Shown: piece after piece, positions 10,243 through 20,202 of the stretch
How the letters are laid out: the number at the start of each line of letters is the position of its first letter
Numbering within the stretch: position 1 is the first letter of the stretch
Notes under the pieces: generated by a model
The model's input: only the letters and a program-made list of their open reading frames with translations
Database searches by the model: none
What the model was told of the DNA's origin: nothing
Made by a program: the position numbers and the translations under genes
DNA from: Vampirovibrionaceae bacterium NZW_1234
GTDB taxonomy: Bacteria > Cyanobacteriota > Vampirovibrionia > Vampirovibrionales > JAGQHJ01
Reading direction: 5' to 3'
Assembly (NCBI GenBank): GCA_041697335.1
Contig: JBGUGD010000002.1
Location: 32,001-96,000, forward strand
DNA: 64,000 bases

Positions 10243-10260
10243 TTTGTAACAGTTTGTCAC
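10243..10260 (-). promoter_or_regulatory. HLR1-like direct repeat
   Basis: Minus strand reads GTGACAAA-CT-GTTACAAA, nearly identical to the site at 856-873. Confidence 0.4.
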
Positions 10261-10542
10261 GGCCTTTGGGGATGTTGGAGAATTTTTGGCCTGCCAGGGT
10301 TTAATTCATATACAGTTGTTCCATGACCATAGGCGTGTGGGGAACCTACCGAGGTTTGACCCGTCATTTGGATCAGTCCGTTTGGACGTGGTTATTGAAT
10401 GATGACTGCTGAGATGATGACCTGTTCAGACACATTGCCTTTCAAGGGAATCGTTTTACAATGCTGTATAGCAGGACCTTTATCCAGTGCAGGCATCTGA
10501 AATCACCCTTCTGCTATCCTGGAAAATTAGAGGATTAATGAG

Positions 10543-11199
10543 ATGCAAGTGAAACGCCAGGGAAGTCGATCCATCCTTAGGATGCTTATGACGAATCAGT
10601 ATTGTTCTTTTGGTCGTCGCGTTGCCCTTATCTTGGGCATATTGCTGGTTACTTCGCCCGGGGTTGTTCTGGCGGAATCAGTGGTTTCCGTGACGCCACC
10701 GGCTACCGAAGTCGCTGCTCCAGCTTCAGGTGGTGTGGCCATGATGAGTATTGTTGGTCCCGCCGGAGTAGTCGAGCAATTGCAAGCCATTCATCGCCTG
10801 GGTCAGAGTGTTTCCAAGGAGTCCTTGGCCGGGTTGGTTTCGGCTCTGGATTCGTCCTATCCGCTGGCACGTCGAAAAGCCTCCTCTACTTTGTTGGAGT
10901 CCATTAAACTGGTTGAACCCGAGGAAAAGCGCTGGCTGGTGGTGGCGTTGGCCGATGCGTTACGGAACTCCGATGTGATGGTGCGCAAGAATATTGTTCG
11001 CCTGATGGCTGTTGCCGGTGTGCCCGAGGCCAATCAGGCCCTGCGACAGTTCTTTCAGCATTCGGATAAGCCATCTCAGCTGACGGCGGTTGAGGCCCTG
11101 TCTTCCAGTCAAGGTCCCTACCGTCAGGCCCTGGGGTTGGTGACCCAGATCTCGCCCTATGAAGAAGTCCGCCAGGCTGCTTCCGCTGAACTGAAGTAA
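10543..11199 (+). CDS. Exported HEAT-repeat protein
   Basis: Signal-like RRVALILGILLVTSPGVVLA and HEAT-like units (ALDSSYPLARRKA, ALRNSDVMVRKNI, PYEEVRQAA). Exact start uncertain. Confidence 0.8.
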   Translation: MQVKRQGSRSILRMLMTNQYCSFGRRVALILGILLVTSPGVVLAESVVSVTPPATEVAAPASGGVAMMSIVGPAGVVEQLQAIHRLGQSVSKESLAGLVSALDSSYPLARRKASSTLLESIKLVEPEEKRWLVVALADALRNSDVMVRKNIVRLMAVAGVPEANQALRQFFQHSDKPSQLTAVEALSSSQGPYRQALGLVTQISPYEEVRQAASAELK

Positions 11200-11325
11200 G
11201 CTGATTGCTCTGAATTGCCCTGCTGGACTGGCTCTTTCGTCAATTGACGCCTGTCCTGTTGATTGGTTTTGGTACAATGGCGTCAGAGTAGCTCCCGGCA
11301 AATATGGAATTGAGGCAGGTTAATC

Positions 11326-12717
11326 ATGTGGACATTTCTGCTACATGCATTTGGTAAGCGGGTTTGGGCGTGGCTGTTTATTATTGTGGTCGGCTTGCTG
11401 GTGCTTTTTGCACCGAGTCCGTTTGCCAACAGCCAGTCAAACACGGCATCCGAGGTTTTGGTCCTGACCCTGAACGATGAAGTGGTTTCTCCCATCACCG
11501 CAGACTATATTCGCCGGGGTCTACAGCAAGCCAGTGAACGCCAGGCCAAGGCGGTCGTGATTCAGTTGGATACCCCCGGGGGCTTACTGGCATCAACCCA
11601 TGAGATTGTCAAACAAGAGTTGAATGCGGCTGTGCCGGTCATTGTGTATGTTGCTCCTGCCGGGGCGCGGGCCGGGTCGGCTGGAGTCTTTATTACCCTG
11701 GCGGCACATGTAGCGGCTATGGCCCCTTCGACACGGATTGGTGCGGCGCACCCGGTGGATGTCAATGGAAAGTGGCCCAGTGGCCCGGAGGGAGAAAAAG
11801 GCGCAGCCGGGGAGGAAAGTGTCATGAGCCAGAAGGTTCTGAATGACACCGTGGCCGGTATCCGGGCCATTGCCAAGGCTCGGGGGCGAAACGAGGATTT
11901 TGCCGTTCGGGCGGTCACCAAAAGCGTTTCGCTGACTGCCGAGGAGGCGCAAAAAGAAGGCGTGGTCGATCTGGTGGCCGAGAGCCTGCCCTCGCTGCTG
12001 ACGGCCCTGGAGGGGCGAACGGTTACGGTTCAAGGCAAGTCGCAGGTGCTTCAGCTGGAATCGGCCAGGGTTGTTGACTACACGTTTTCCACCCGGGAGC
12101 GTTTTCTCGGGATCCTGACCCATCCCTTTCTGGCCTATATTTTGTTGATGATAGGCTTTTACGGACTCTTGTTCGAAGTGACTCATCCGGGGATTCTGTT
12201 CCCGGGGATTGCCGGGGCCATCTGTTTGATTCTCGCTTTGATTGGGATGCAGACTCTGCCCGTGAACCTGGGGGGACTGGGCTTGATTGGCTTGGGCTTG
12301 ATCCTGTTTATTGCGGAAGTCTTTACGCCGGCATTCGGTGCTTTGTTTACCGGGGGATTTGTAGCCGTGGTGCTTGGCACGCTATTCCTGTACCAGTCTG
12401 AGGACCCCTACCTGCGTCAACTGGCTCCTGTTATGACCGTGGTTTCTTCCCTCCTTGCAGGGTTTACCGGGTTGGTGCTCTGGAAGATCATGAAGGCAAG
12501 GCGAATTAAGGCCAAGGACCCGTATCAGAAAATGATTGGGCAGTTGGGACGGGTGACCCTGGCTATTGAGCCCAGTCGACCGGGTAAAGTTAAAGTGTAT
12601 GGGGAAACCTGGGATGCCGAGGCTGAGGAGGCCCTGTCTGAAGGCGTAGAAGTCAAGGTGGTTGAGGTGAATCCCCAAGACCACCGGGTGTTAAAAGTTG
12701 TTCGCTATACTGTCTGA
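11326..12717 (+). CDS. nfeD: Long NfeD (membrane-bound ClpP-class serine protease)
   Basis: [20 protein letters not shown], a multi-TM region and a C-terminal OB-fold; adjacent to stomatin. Confidence 0.95.
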   Translation: MWTFLLHAFGKRVWAWLFIIVVGLLVLFAPSPFANSQSNTASEVLVLTLNDEVVSPITADYIRRGLQQASERQAKAVVIQLDTPGGLLASTHEIVKQELNAAVPVIVYVAPAGARAGSAGVFITLAAHVAAMAPSTRIGAAHPVDVNGKWPSGPEGEKGAAGEESVMSQKVLNDTVAGIRAIAKARGRNEDFAVRAVTKSVSLTAEEAQKEGVVDLVAESLPSLLTALEGRTVTVQGKSQVLQLESARVVDYTFSTRERFLGILTHPFLAYILLMIGFYGLLFEVTHPGILFPGIAGAICLILALIGMQTLPVNLGGLGLIGLGLILFIAEVFTPAFGALFTGGFVAVVLGTLFLYQSEDPYLRQLAPVMTVVSSLLAGFTGLVLWKIMKARRIKAKDPYQKMIGQLGRVTLAIEPSRPGKVKVYGETWDAEAEEALSEGVEVKVVEVNPQDHRVLKVVRYTV

Positions 12718-12734
12718 TAGAGGAGACCATTCTC

Positions 12735-13496
12735 ATGGAGTTTTTATTTGGCCTGCCCATCTTGTTTGTGCCGGTTATTCTGTTCTTTTTGCTGAGCTGG
12801 ATCCGGGTTTTAAGCGAGTATGAGCGGGGAGTTGTCTTCCGTTTGGGGCGGATTATGGGCCAGCCTTATGGCCCCGGGTTGATATTGCTGTTCGCACCCC
12901 CGTTTGTGGACCGGATGGTCAAGATCGACCTGCGGACCGTGACCCTGGATGTCCCACCCCAGGATGTCATTACCCGGGACAACGTGTCCATCAAGGTGAA
13001 TGCTGTTGTCTACTATCGTGTTCTGGACCCTATTACAGCGGTTACCGAGATCGAAGACTACCACTATGCAACCTCCCAGATGTCCCAGACCACACTGCGA
13101 AGTGTGGTGGGTCAGGCCGAGCTGGATACGATTCTGGCTGAGCGGGACAAGATTAGCCATACGATTCAGGGAATCCTGGATGAGCAGACCAATGCGTGGG
13201 GGATCAAAGTGGCGAACGTCGAGATCAAGAACGTAGACCTTCCCCCGGATATGCAACGCGCCATGGCACGTCAGGCGGAAGCCGAGCGGGAGCGTCGGGC
13301 GAAGATCATTAGTGCTGAAGGGGAGTTTCAGGCCGCTGAGAAGCTGGTTCAGGCTGCCGATATGATGAGTGCCCATCCAATGGCCTTGCAAATGCGTTAC
13401 CTGCAAACCATGGTGGAAGTGGGTTCCGAGAAGAACACGACCATTTTCTTCCCGCTGCCCATCGATATCCTGAGCAGTTTCATGAACAAGAAGTAG
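12735..13496 (+). CDS. SPFH/stomatin-like (slipin) protein
   Basis: [37 protein letters not shown] and ALQMRYLQT. Confidence 0.97.
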   Translation: MEFLFGLPILFVPVILFFLLSWIRVLSEYERGVVFRLGRIMGQPYGPGLILLFAPPFVDRMVKIDLRTVTLDVPPQDVITRDNVSIKVNAVVYYRVLDPITAVTEIEDYHYATSQMSQTTLRSVVGQAELDTILAERDKISHTIQGILDEQTNAWGIKVANVEIKNVDLPPDMQRAMARQAEAERERRAKIISAEGEFQAAEKLVQAADMMSAHPMALQMRYLQTMVEVGSEKNTTIFFPLPIDILSSFMNKK

Positions 13497-13513
13497 TCGA
13501 TTTAACAGGAATT

Positions 13514-13553
13514 TGCCCCCGGCCATCGATCTTCGTGGCGGGGGCATTTTTTT
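13514..13553 (+). terminator. Intrinsic terminator after stomatin
   Basis: TGCCCCC...GGGGGCA stem followed by T7. Confidence 0.75.
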
Positions 13554-13561
13554 ATGAGGGT

Positions 13562-14437
13562 CTAGTAGTGCGGGTGTGTTTCAAAGAGCTGGGCGTAGTT
13601 TTGCGTGAACGACTCCAGCGGGGTGACCAGGGCTTCCAGATCGGGGGCCAGGCCCGCTCGCCAAGGGCCTGTTTTAATGCCTGCGGCGTCCAGAAGGACT
13701 CTGCTTGCCATATCGGCAATACCTGCCGAGCCTCTCTGAAAAGGCATGGCTTGGACCATAAGCCAATGAAACCGGGCAACGTTTTCAAGGGTTTGATGCA
13801 GGACATGGGGTGTTCTGGGTTGGCCTCTTAGCTGATGAATTTGATGATAAACCTGGTTTAAGGCGGCCAAGGCCAGCGGTAGTTGTTGCGGTGGCATCCA
13901 TTGCCATGCCAATCCATGGGGGGTTCGCAAGGTTTGGGTTAGGTGTAGTCTGGTGCCCCCAACGTTCACAGTCATCACATGGTTGGGACGATTGCCAAGG
14001 AGGGATTGGGCTCGATGTGCATACGGCTGATAGCGTCCCTGGATGGGTTGAGGCGGGGTATTGGTATTGACAGACCGGAATTGGCCGAATTGATGCCAAG
14101 CCTGGGTATTATAATAGCCGTTGTCCTTAGGTTGAATTTGAGGATGCGGGTAGGCCTCGGCTGCTTTGTAGCCATGGTAATGGTGTGCCAGATAGCCGAG
14201 GAGGGATTCGGCACTGCGAAACTGATTCAGGCGAGTGACCGCTTGATGAATGACTTGATTCATGGCACTGGCCCAGAACGTATCCTGTCTGAAACCAGGC
14301 ATCCGAATCAGGAGGCGATTGGGGTCTGTGCTTCGTACTGTGAATACCGGGGATGCGCTTTGTGCAGGCACTGAAGACCAACCGTGCGGGAACCAGGTCC
14401 GCTGGTAATGACTCGGTTGAACTCCGATGGCCGACAT
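13562..14437 (-). CDS. Fido-domain protein of the AvrB/AvrC-like type
   Basis: FHWLMVQAMPFQRGSAGIADM and APDLEALVTPLESFTQNYAQLFE resemble the AvrB-family C-terminus rather than canonical Fic HPFxDGNGR. RBS AGGGGAG before ATG 14437. Confidence 0.7.
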   Translation of the reverse strand: MSAIGVQPSHYQRTWFPHGWSSVPAQSASPVFTVRSTDPNRLLIRMPGFRQDTFWASAMNQVIHQAVTRLNQFRSAESLLGYLAHHYHGYKAAEAYPHPQIQPKDNGYYNTQAWHQFGQFRSVNTNTPPQPIQGRYQPYAHRAQSLLGNRPNHVMTVNVGGTRLHLTQTLRTPHGLAWQWMPPQQLPLALAALNQVYHQIHQLRGQPRTPHVLHQTLENVARFHWLMVQAMPFQRGSAGIADMASRVLLDAAGIKTGPWRAGLAPDLEALVTPLESFTQNYAQLFETHPHY

Positions 14438-14602
14438 ACGATGCTTGACTCCCCTGGTCGATGGTTCCCCTTGCTTTCGCACAAAACCCCCTCAAGCGGG
14501 ATTTGTGACAGCCGGTTTTTGAGAAAGGACTTAACTTGCTGTCGGATGTCGCGTCCCCCTCGGAACGTTAGAATGGAGGGACCACAACCGAGGAGGGAAA
14601 TC

Positions 14603-15592
14603 ATGGGGCTTCAGGCACAATACGATGCCATTGTGTTGGGGACAGGTCCTGCTGGGGTGACGGCGGGAATCTATCTGGCCAGGTTTCAATTGAAGACGGC
14701 GATTATTGGAAACCCCTGTCGAGGGGTCGCCGAGGATAGCGGGAATCCGGAAACCATTCCGGTGGTCTATCACAATGTTCCCGGTTTCCCGGAAGGGATT
14801 TCATGCTCTGCCTTTGTGGAACGCGGGCTTCAACAAGCAAAAGAAGAAGGCTGTACCGTGATCTGGGATGACGTAATAGCCCTGTCTCAGACCTCCCACC
14901 AGCACTTTATCGTTCAAGGCGAAAAGAGCCTTTATACGGGGCAAGCCATTTTCTATGCCTTGGGTCTGCGTCATGGGTGGCCCACGTTTTCCGGCTCCAA
15001 TCACTATGTGGGCCATGGGGTGTATCTGGCGGTGGACGCCAATGCTTGTGAGGCATCCGGTGCCCAGGCCGCAATCATTGGCCATGATGATTATTCGGCC
15101 GTAGAGGCGATTCGTCTTCATTCGTTTGCCGAGCGGGTCTTCCTTTTAGCCGATGGGCAGCCCCTGGAGCTTTCGGACGAGGTGGCCGACGTGTTGTCGG
15201 ACTTGGGTATTGACGTCATTCCCGATGCTATTCTCGCGCTTCAGGGAGATGGGCAGCGCCTGACGCATATTGACTTTGTGGGTGGGCGTCGTGAGGCGAT
15301 TTCTGTTGTCTTTTTGCCCGAGCATTGGCTTCAACCCCAGAGCCAGCTGGCCCGGCAGCTGGGAGTGACGGTGGATGCACAGGGCTACATTCAGGTGAAT
15401 GAGCGCTTTGAGACCAATATCGGCAACGTTTATGCCATGGGCGATGTGACGTCACGCGGGCCGGAGCAGGTGATTACCGCTTGTTACCATGGGATGCAGG
15501 CGGCATGGGCTTTTTATGAAGGACGTTTCCACGAGCAGATGTACCAGTTGCTTCGGCGGGGACGTCGGGTGGTGTCTCGCAATTTGGTCTAG
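14603..15592 (+). CDS. Thioredoxin-reductase-like FAD oxidoreductase lacking CxxC
   Basis: GTGPAG, NVPGFPEGI and TNIGNVYAMGD; active-site region reads GVYLAVDANA. RBS AGGAGGG. Confidence 0.85.
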   Translation: MGLQAQYDAIVLGTGPAGVTAGIYLARFQLKTAIIGNPCRGVAEDSGNPETIPVVYHNVPGFPEGISCSAFVERGLQQAKEEGCTVIWDDVIALSQTSHQHFIVQGEKSLYTGQAIFYALGLRHGWPTFSGSNHYVGHGVYLAVDANACEASGAQAAIIGHDDYSAVEAIRLHSFAERVFLLADGQPLELSDEVADVLSDLGIDVIPDAILALQGDGQRLTHIDFVGGRREAISVVFLPEHWLQPQSQLARQLGVTVDAQGYIQVNERFETNIGNVYAMGDVTSRGPEQVITACYHGMQAAWAFYEGRFHEQMYQLLRRGRRVVSRNLV

Positions 15593-18150
15593 GCCTTGGG
15601 CTTGAGCCGGGCGGCCTTGAAGTCGAAGACATGCGGAATCAGCTCTTCATAGCGGCTGACGGGGATAATGGTCAGATGCTCCCGTAGGGATTTGGGGATG
15701 GGGATTTCGAAGCGACCCTCGATGATCTTGGTCTTCGTCGCGTTGATGTTGCCCCGGGGCACAATGACAGTGGTTGCACCGGCCTGGAGGGCTGCGGACA
15801 TTTTGTGGAGCAATCCCCCGATTTCGCCCACATGGCCCAGCTGAGAGAGTGTCCCCGTCATGGCCACGTCGCCTCGTACGGGGATTTTTGTCAGGGCACT
15901 GAGCATGGACGTGGCGTAGGTGATTCCGGCGCTCGGGCCGTCCGAAGGGCCACAGCTGTTTTCACCGCCATCATCCACGGCAATCTGGACCAAACGTTTC
16001 TCGGGAATAATGCTGTCGACGCCCATGCGTTGGCTCAGGCGTTCCTGGCTATTAAGGAGGTATTGCAGGGATTTTCGTACCGACTCCCATTCGGAGTGAC
16101 CGATCATCCCGGTGGATTGGGTCAGCTTGACCCGGCTGTGGCCTTTGATGGGAACCAGGTTGACGGTGGCATCAATGGGATCCATGCTGCCCCCCATTTC
16201 CGAGGCCCCCAGCGCATTGGTGCGGCCCACCTGGCTGGGTTGGGCCCGGTAATACCGGGGTGGGTCTCCAATCAAGGCTTTCAGGTTCTCGGCCCTGATT
16301 CGGAAAGGCTTTTTCGGGTTGCGGCCCTGCATTTCAATCCGATAGGCAATCTTTGAGGCGATGGTGTTGATGACGTCATTGGCCTTGCGCATGCCCGATT
16401 CCTGGGTGTATTTGTGCAAAATGGCATTCAGGGCATCGTCCTCAAAGACGATTTGCCGCTCCGACAGTTTGTATTCACTCAGGATTTTGGGGATGGTGAA
16501 CTTGCGCAGGATTGCGAACTTCTCTTCCGACGTGTAGCCGGGGAGCTGAATGATGTGCATCCGATCCTGGAGGCCAGGCGGGATTTTAGAGATGTCATTG
16601 GCGGTACAGATGAACAGGGCTCGGGACAGGTCGTAGGTACCCAGGTATTCATCCTGGAACGATTTGTTTTGGGTCGGATCCAGGATCTCCATCAGGGCTG
16701 CCGGTAACTCTTTGCCACTCATCTTGTCGATTTCATCGAGCATGATGACCGGGTTGGTGGTTCCGGTTTTGATGATCCCCTGGATCAGGCGGCCCGGTTC
16801 GGCGCCAATATAGACTTTTCGCTCGCCCCGCAGTTCAGCGACGTCTTTCTTACCAGCCATCGACAGCTTGAAGAACTTGCGATTCGTGGCTTCGGCAATG
16901 GCCTCGCCCAGGCTGGTTTTTCCAATGCCGTAGGGACCCACAAAACAGATGACCTTGCCGCTGGGCGGAAGATCATGGCGTGCCCGGCGGGCGGTGACAG
17001 CCATGAATTCCTTGATTTTCATCTTGGCCTGTTCCAGGCCGTAAAGACGTTCATTGAGGACCCGGGCCACCCGTCTCGGGTTGATGGGCTCGGCCGGGCT
17101 GTGGATTAGCGGCAGGCGGAAGAGCTTTTTCAGGTACTCGTCGGTGTTCTTGAAGTGTTCGCTGGGATCATCGAATTCATCGGGCATGGCATGCTTGTAG
17201 TCGGCCAGCTTGGCCTTTAGTTCCCGGATCTGCTCATCATTCAGGACTCGTCTCTCCTTGGGTGCCTTGTTCATGGCATCCAGCAGAGACTCCCAGCTAT
17301 CCAACTGCTGTTGAAAGACGGTGCCGTTGTCATCATCATCCTCGTCGTCGTCATCGTCATCCTCGTCGTCATCAATGTCGTCGACATTCACGAGTTCGTC
17401 CAGGGCATTGTACTTCTTGGCCAGGTCCGAAAAGAAGCTGCTGGCTTGTTTGAACTCTTTGTCAATGCCCTTGTCGGTGCTGCTGCTGAGGCGTAAAAAC
17501 AGCAGGAAGTCGAAACCCTTGGCATCGGTACCGTGGGTTTTGACAAATTGCGTCAACAGCTTGCGAAGCTCCGGGGAAAAGCGGATCTTGTCGTGGACAT
17601 CGGTTTGTCCGGGCATGGTCTGGACAGCCTGAGCCAGGGTCTTGCGGCTGTTGGAAAAGAGTTCCCAGACCTGATCCCGGTTGGGATATTCGTCCATGTC
17701 ATCGTCTTTCAGTACGGTATGCAACGCTCTGAAGGTGGAAGCCAGGACGGGGTTTCCTTGGAGATTGTCACTATCGGCATTGAAGCGGACTTCCTGGGTG
17801 GCTCGGGTGGCCGTTTTCATCAGTCCCAACAAGAGATGGGTTGTCGTAATGACGGGCAAATGGTGTTTCAGAAAGCGTTTGTCGGCTTTGGGGCGGGCGC
17901 CTTTGAGAATCCAGGTCTGCACCACGCTGGGAAGGCTGTCGAAGAGCTGGCTGTCGGTCATGGTTTTTCCGGCAGGCTTGAGTCGCCCGAAGAGTGGCGC
18001 CTGTGGATAATGGATGCCTACGGGCGGAGACTGTCCCTGTAACTGTCCGGGAGTCTGGGCGGGTTGTCGGTTGGCTCGGTAGGCCAATGCCGGGTTGGCT
18101 CCAAGGGGGAACCCCTGGCGCGATGCCGGTGTTATCAATTGAATGTCCAT
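15589..18150 (-). CDS. Lon-type (S16) AAA+ protease with an atypical N-terminus
   Basis: Walker A GPYGIGKTS, Walker B IMLDEIDK, catalytic DGPSAG (Ser) and GGLLHK (Lys). The N-terminal part is Clp-N-like plus a poly-Asp tract. RBS GGGGGAG before ATG 18150. Confidence 0.9.
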   Translation of the reverse strand: MDIQLITPASRQGFPLGANPALAYRANRQPAQTPGQLQGQSPPVGIHYPQAPLFGRLKPAGKTMTDSQLFDSLPSVVQTWILKGARPKADKRFLKHHLPVITTTHLLLGLMKTATRATQEVRFNADSDNLQGNPVLASTFRALHTVLKDDDMDEYPNRDQVWELFSNSRKTLAQAVQTMPGQTDVHDKIRFSPELRKLLTQFVKTHGTDAKGFDFLLFLRLSSSTDKGIDKEFKQASSFFSDLAKKYNALDELVNVDDIDDDEDDDDDDEDDDDNGTVFQQQLDSWESLLDAMNKAPKERRVLNDEQIRELKAKLADYKHAMPDEFDDPSEHFKNTDEYLKKLFRLPLIHSPAEPINPRRVARVLNERLYGLEQAKMKIKEFMAVTARRARHDLPPSGKVICFVGPYGIGKTSLGEAIAEATNRKFFKLSMAGKKDVAELRGERKVYIGAEPGRLIQGIIKTGTTNPVIMLDEIDKMSGKELPAALMEILDPTQNKSFQDEYLGTYDLSRALFICTANDISKIPPGLQDRMHIIQLPGYTSEEKFAILRKFTIPKILSEYKLSERQIVFEDDALNAILHKYTQESGMRKANDVINTIASKIAYRIEMQGRNPKKPFRIRAENLKALIGDPPRYYRAQPSQVGRTNALGASEMGGSMDPIDATVNLVPIKGHSRVKLTQSTGMIGHSEWESVRKSLQYLLNSQERLSQRMGVDSIIPEKRLVQIAVDDGGENSCGPSDGPSAGITYATSMLSALTKIPVRGDVAMTGTLSQLGHVGEIGGLLHKMSAALQAGATTVIVPRGNINATKTKIIEGRFEIPIPKSLREHLTIIPVSRYEELIPHVFDFKAARLKPKA

Positions 18151-18570
18151 TGCTCCCCCATCAGGACGTGATCCTGCATGCTCATATCCCACTCACCCAC
18201 GTGCTTACGCTTCCATTGATTCGGACTACTTATAGCAACTCCGCCCAACGTGTGCAAGGGATTGTAATCAAACGTTACCGCCGAATCCGAATGCCGGGTC
18301 AGGCGCTTAGGGTGTTTACCCCCACTGGAAGGCAAAATGGAGAAAGAGGAGTGCGCAGAGCCCTTCACAGCAGAGGGCAATGAAGATGGCCTTATTGAGC
18401 TTGGGCATGAGGACCTCCGGTCACTGCTGTCGCGTGCCATTATCCGACTTGGGGGCGTCGGGCGTTTGAGCGGAATAATAGTGAGTAGCGCTTTGGTTTT
18501 GGTACTCATTGTTCTATACCCTGCTTGAGGATGGATTAAACCTGAGGTGTCGCTGAAGTCGAGGGAGGCC

Positions 18571-19521
18571 TCAACTGGGTAGCGATGGGGGGCCAAGGAG
18601 GTGAGTTCGCCATTTGGGGCGCCCATAATACGCAAGATAGCGCTCGGTCAGGGGAATGTTTTCCTGATGCAGAAGGAAGGCCGTATCTATCATGGGTGGG
18701 TGCGAGCTGACCAGATTTTTTCCAGAAACATGCTGGAGCACCTGGAGCCATTGATCGGCATAGATGAGTGCCGTTTCCCGGTAGGCTTCATCCAGGAGCT
18801 TTTTATCACGGGCGTTGGTTTTTACATTCGGCATGATGTCGAAGTCCAGGAGTTTGAGGCGGCGCATTTGCGGGTGATAGTAGCAGTTGCGAAGCACCAC
18901 CTCCAGGATGTCGTCGGTTTCGTTTTTGCCCTTCAGGGGGCGGCGCATGTAGTAAATGGTGGTCGGGTCAAAGAAGATGTTGAACCTGTCGGCCAGGGGT
19001 TTGGCCTGAGGTGTCAGGAAATGGTTTTTGGCTTCATGAAACCGATTCTTTCGAAGCAGGCTGAGGCCTTTGTCCAGAAAGGCTCTAAGCTGGGTTTCGC
19101 CGTGGTGGTCCCGAATCGGGATGACCACTTCATCCATGCCCAAGGTCAGCTGGTCTCCCGGGCGAAGGTCATAAGGCTGATTCAAGGCCAGAATCAGCCC
19201 GTTGATACTGCAACTGACCTCGTCCGAGAGGGCCGTAAACTGGAGAACGCCTTGTCGGGTTCGCCGAATACGTCCTTGAAGCTGGGGAAGGTTTCCTTCG
19301 GACAGGTTGATGTCGCAGCCATAATCGCCCACTGTCCGGGCTGGTGCGCCGGGACGGAGATTGGCCAGGAGGTCGGCGACCTCGTCGGGGCTGAAGCGAT
19401 TGTCCGACTGGAAGCGAGGGCCCAACTTTTGACGTTGGGCAGGTGTTGGCGATCCGGGCTTCAGTGTCGAAGCCCGGGCCTGGTGTGTCCAAGCCGACTG
19501 AAATCCCAGGTGAATCCTCAC
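18571..19521 (-). CDS. FHA-like domain hypothetical protein
   Basis: The real 3' part of the 1338-aa ORF, with GTG start after GGGGG. CSINGLILALNQPYDLRPGDQLTLG is FHA-like. Confidence 0.7.
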   Translation of the reverse strand: MRIHLGFQSAWTHQARASTLKPGSPTPAQRQKLGPRFQSDNRFSPDEVADLLANLRPGAPARTVGDYGCDINLSEGNLPQLQGRIRRTRQGVLQFTALSDEVSCSINGLILALNQPYDLRPGDQLTLGMDEVVIPIRDHHGETQLRAFLDKGLSLLRKNRFHEAKNHFLTPQAKPLADRFNIFFDPTTIYYMRRPLKGKNETDDILEVVLRNCYYHPQMRRLKLLDFDIMPNVKTNARDKKLLDEAYRETALIYADQWLQVLQHVSGKNLVSSHPPMIDTAFLLHQENIPLTERYLAYYGRPKWRTHLLGPPSLPS

Positions 19522-19776
19522 GCCGTCAACCCCCAGCACTAAAATAGGTAAGTCTATATAAACACCGGCAAAGAGGCCTGTAAAGTCCCAGCATTGGGGA
19601 CCCCAAGGATCCCCCGCTCTCGGGTGGTACACCCATGGATCAATACCCCGCTCCTGTCGGATTGACCGATAGGTGGGGGAGGAAATGGATCGGGGGATTA
19701 ATGTGTTTGATGTATATAAAATATATGATAAAAATATGAAGCAGGTAACCGAGAGACCGCCTTGAAGGAGACACCG

Positions 19777-19953
19777 ATGCCTAAATTCACCAATCGAAAC
19801 AGCAGCCTCGTCATTTACAAGATTAAAGGCACCAACCAGTACTACCTGAAGACCTTTGGCCAGGAAATGTCCTTTACCCGTGAAGAAGATGCACAACGCT
19901 TTGCCCGCTACCTGACAAAGTCCGATATGCAGTTTGATGTTCAGCTGGTCTAA
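19777..19953 (+). CDS. 58-aa hypothetical protein
   Basis: RBS AAGGAG before ATG 19777; typical codon usage. Confidence 0.7.
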   Translation: MPKFTNRNSSLVIYKIKGTNQYYLKTFGQEMSFTREEDAQRFARYLTKSDMQFDVQLV

Positions 19954-20202
19954 AAGATGGGTATGCCTGGGGGGGAGGCTCTTTTGGGAGGAGGTGCTTT
20001 TTACTTTCCCCGGGCTTGATATCATTTGGGGATGCACCGGATAAGTCTCGTTACAGTTTTGTAACGCTTTGAGCCAAAAGGATTCACTCAATCCAGTGTT
20101 CACGCTAAGATGCGCATAAATTAAAGTCACTATTTCATGTGAATGAAATAGGGCTGAATCTGTAACCCGCTGCTTGTTAGAAAGAGACGATACGAGAGTC
20201 TG

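Noticed and set aside
18135..18635. Competing small ORFs between the Lon-like and FHA-like genes (e.g. 18337-18528 +)
   Set aside because: I cannot choose a frame with confidence; none has a recognisable motif.
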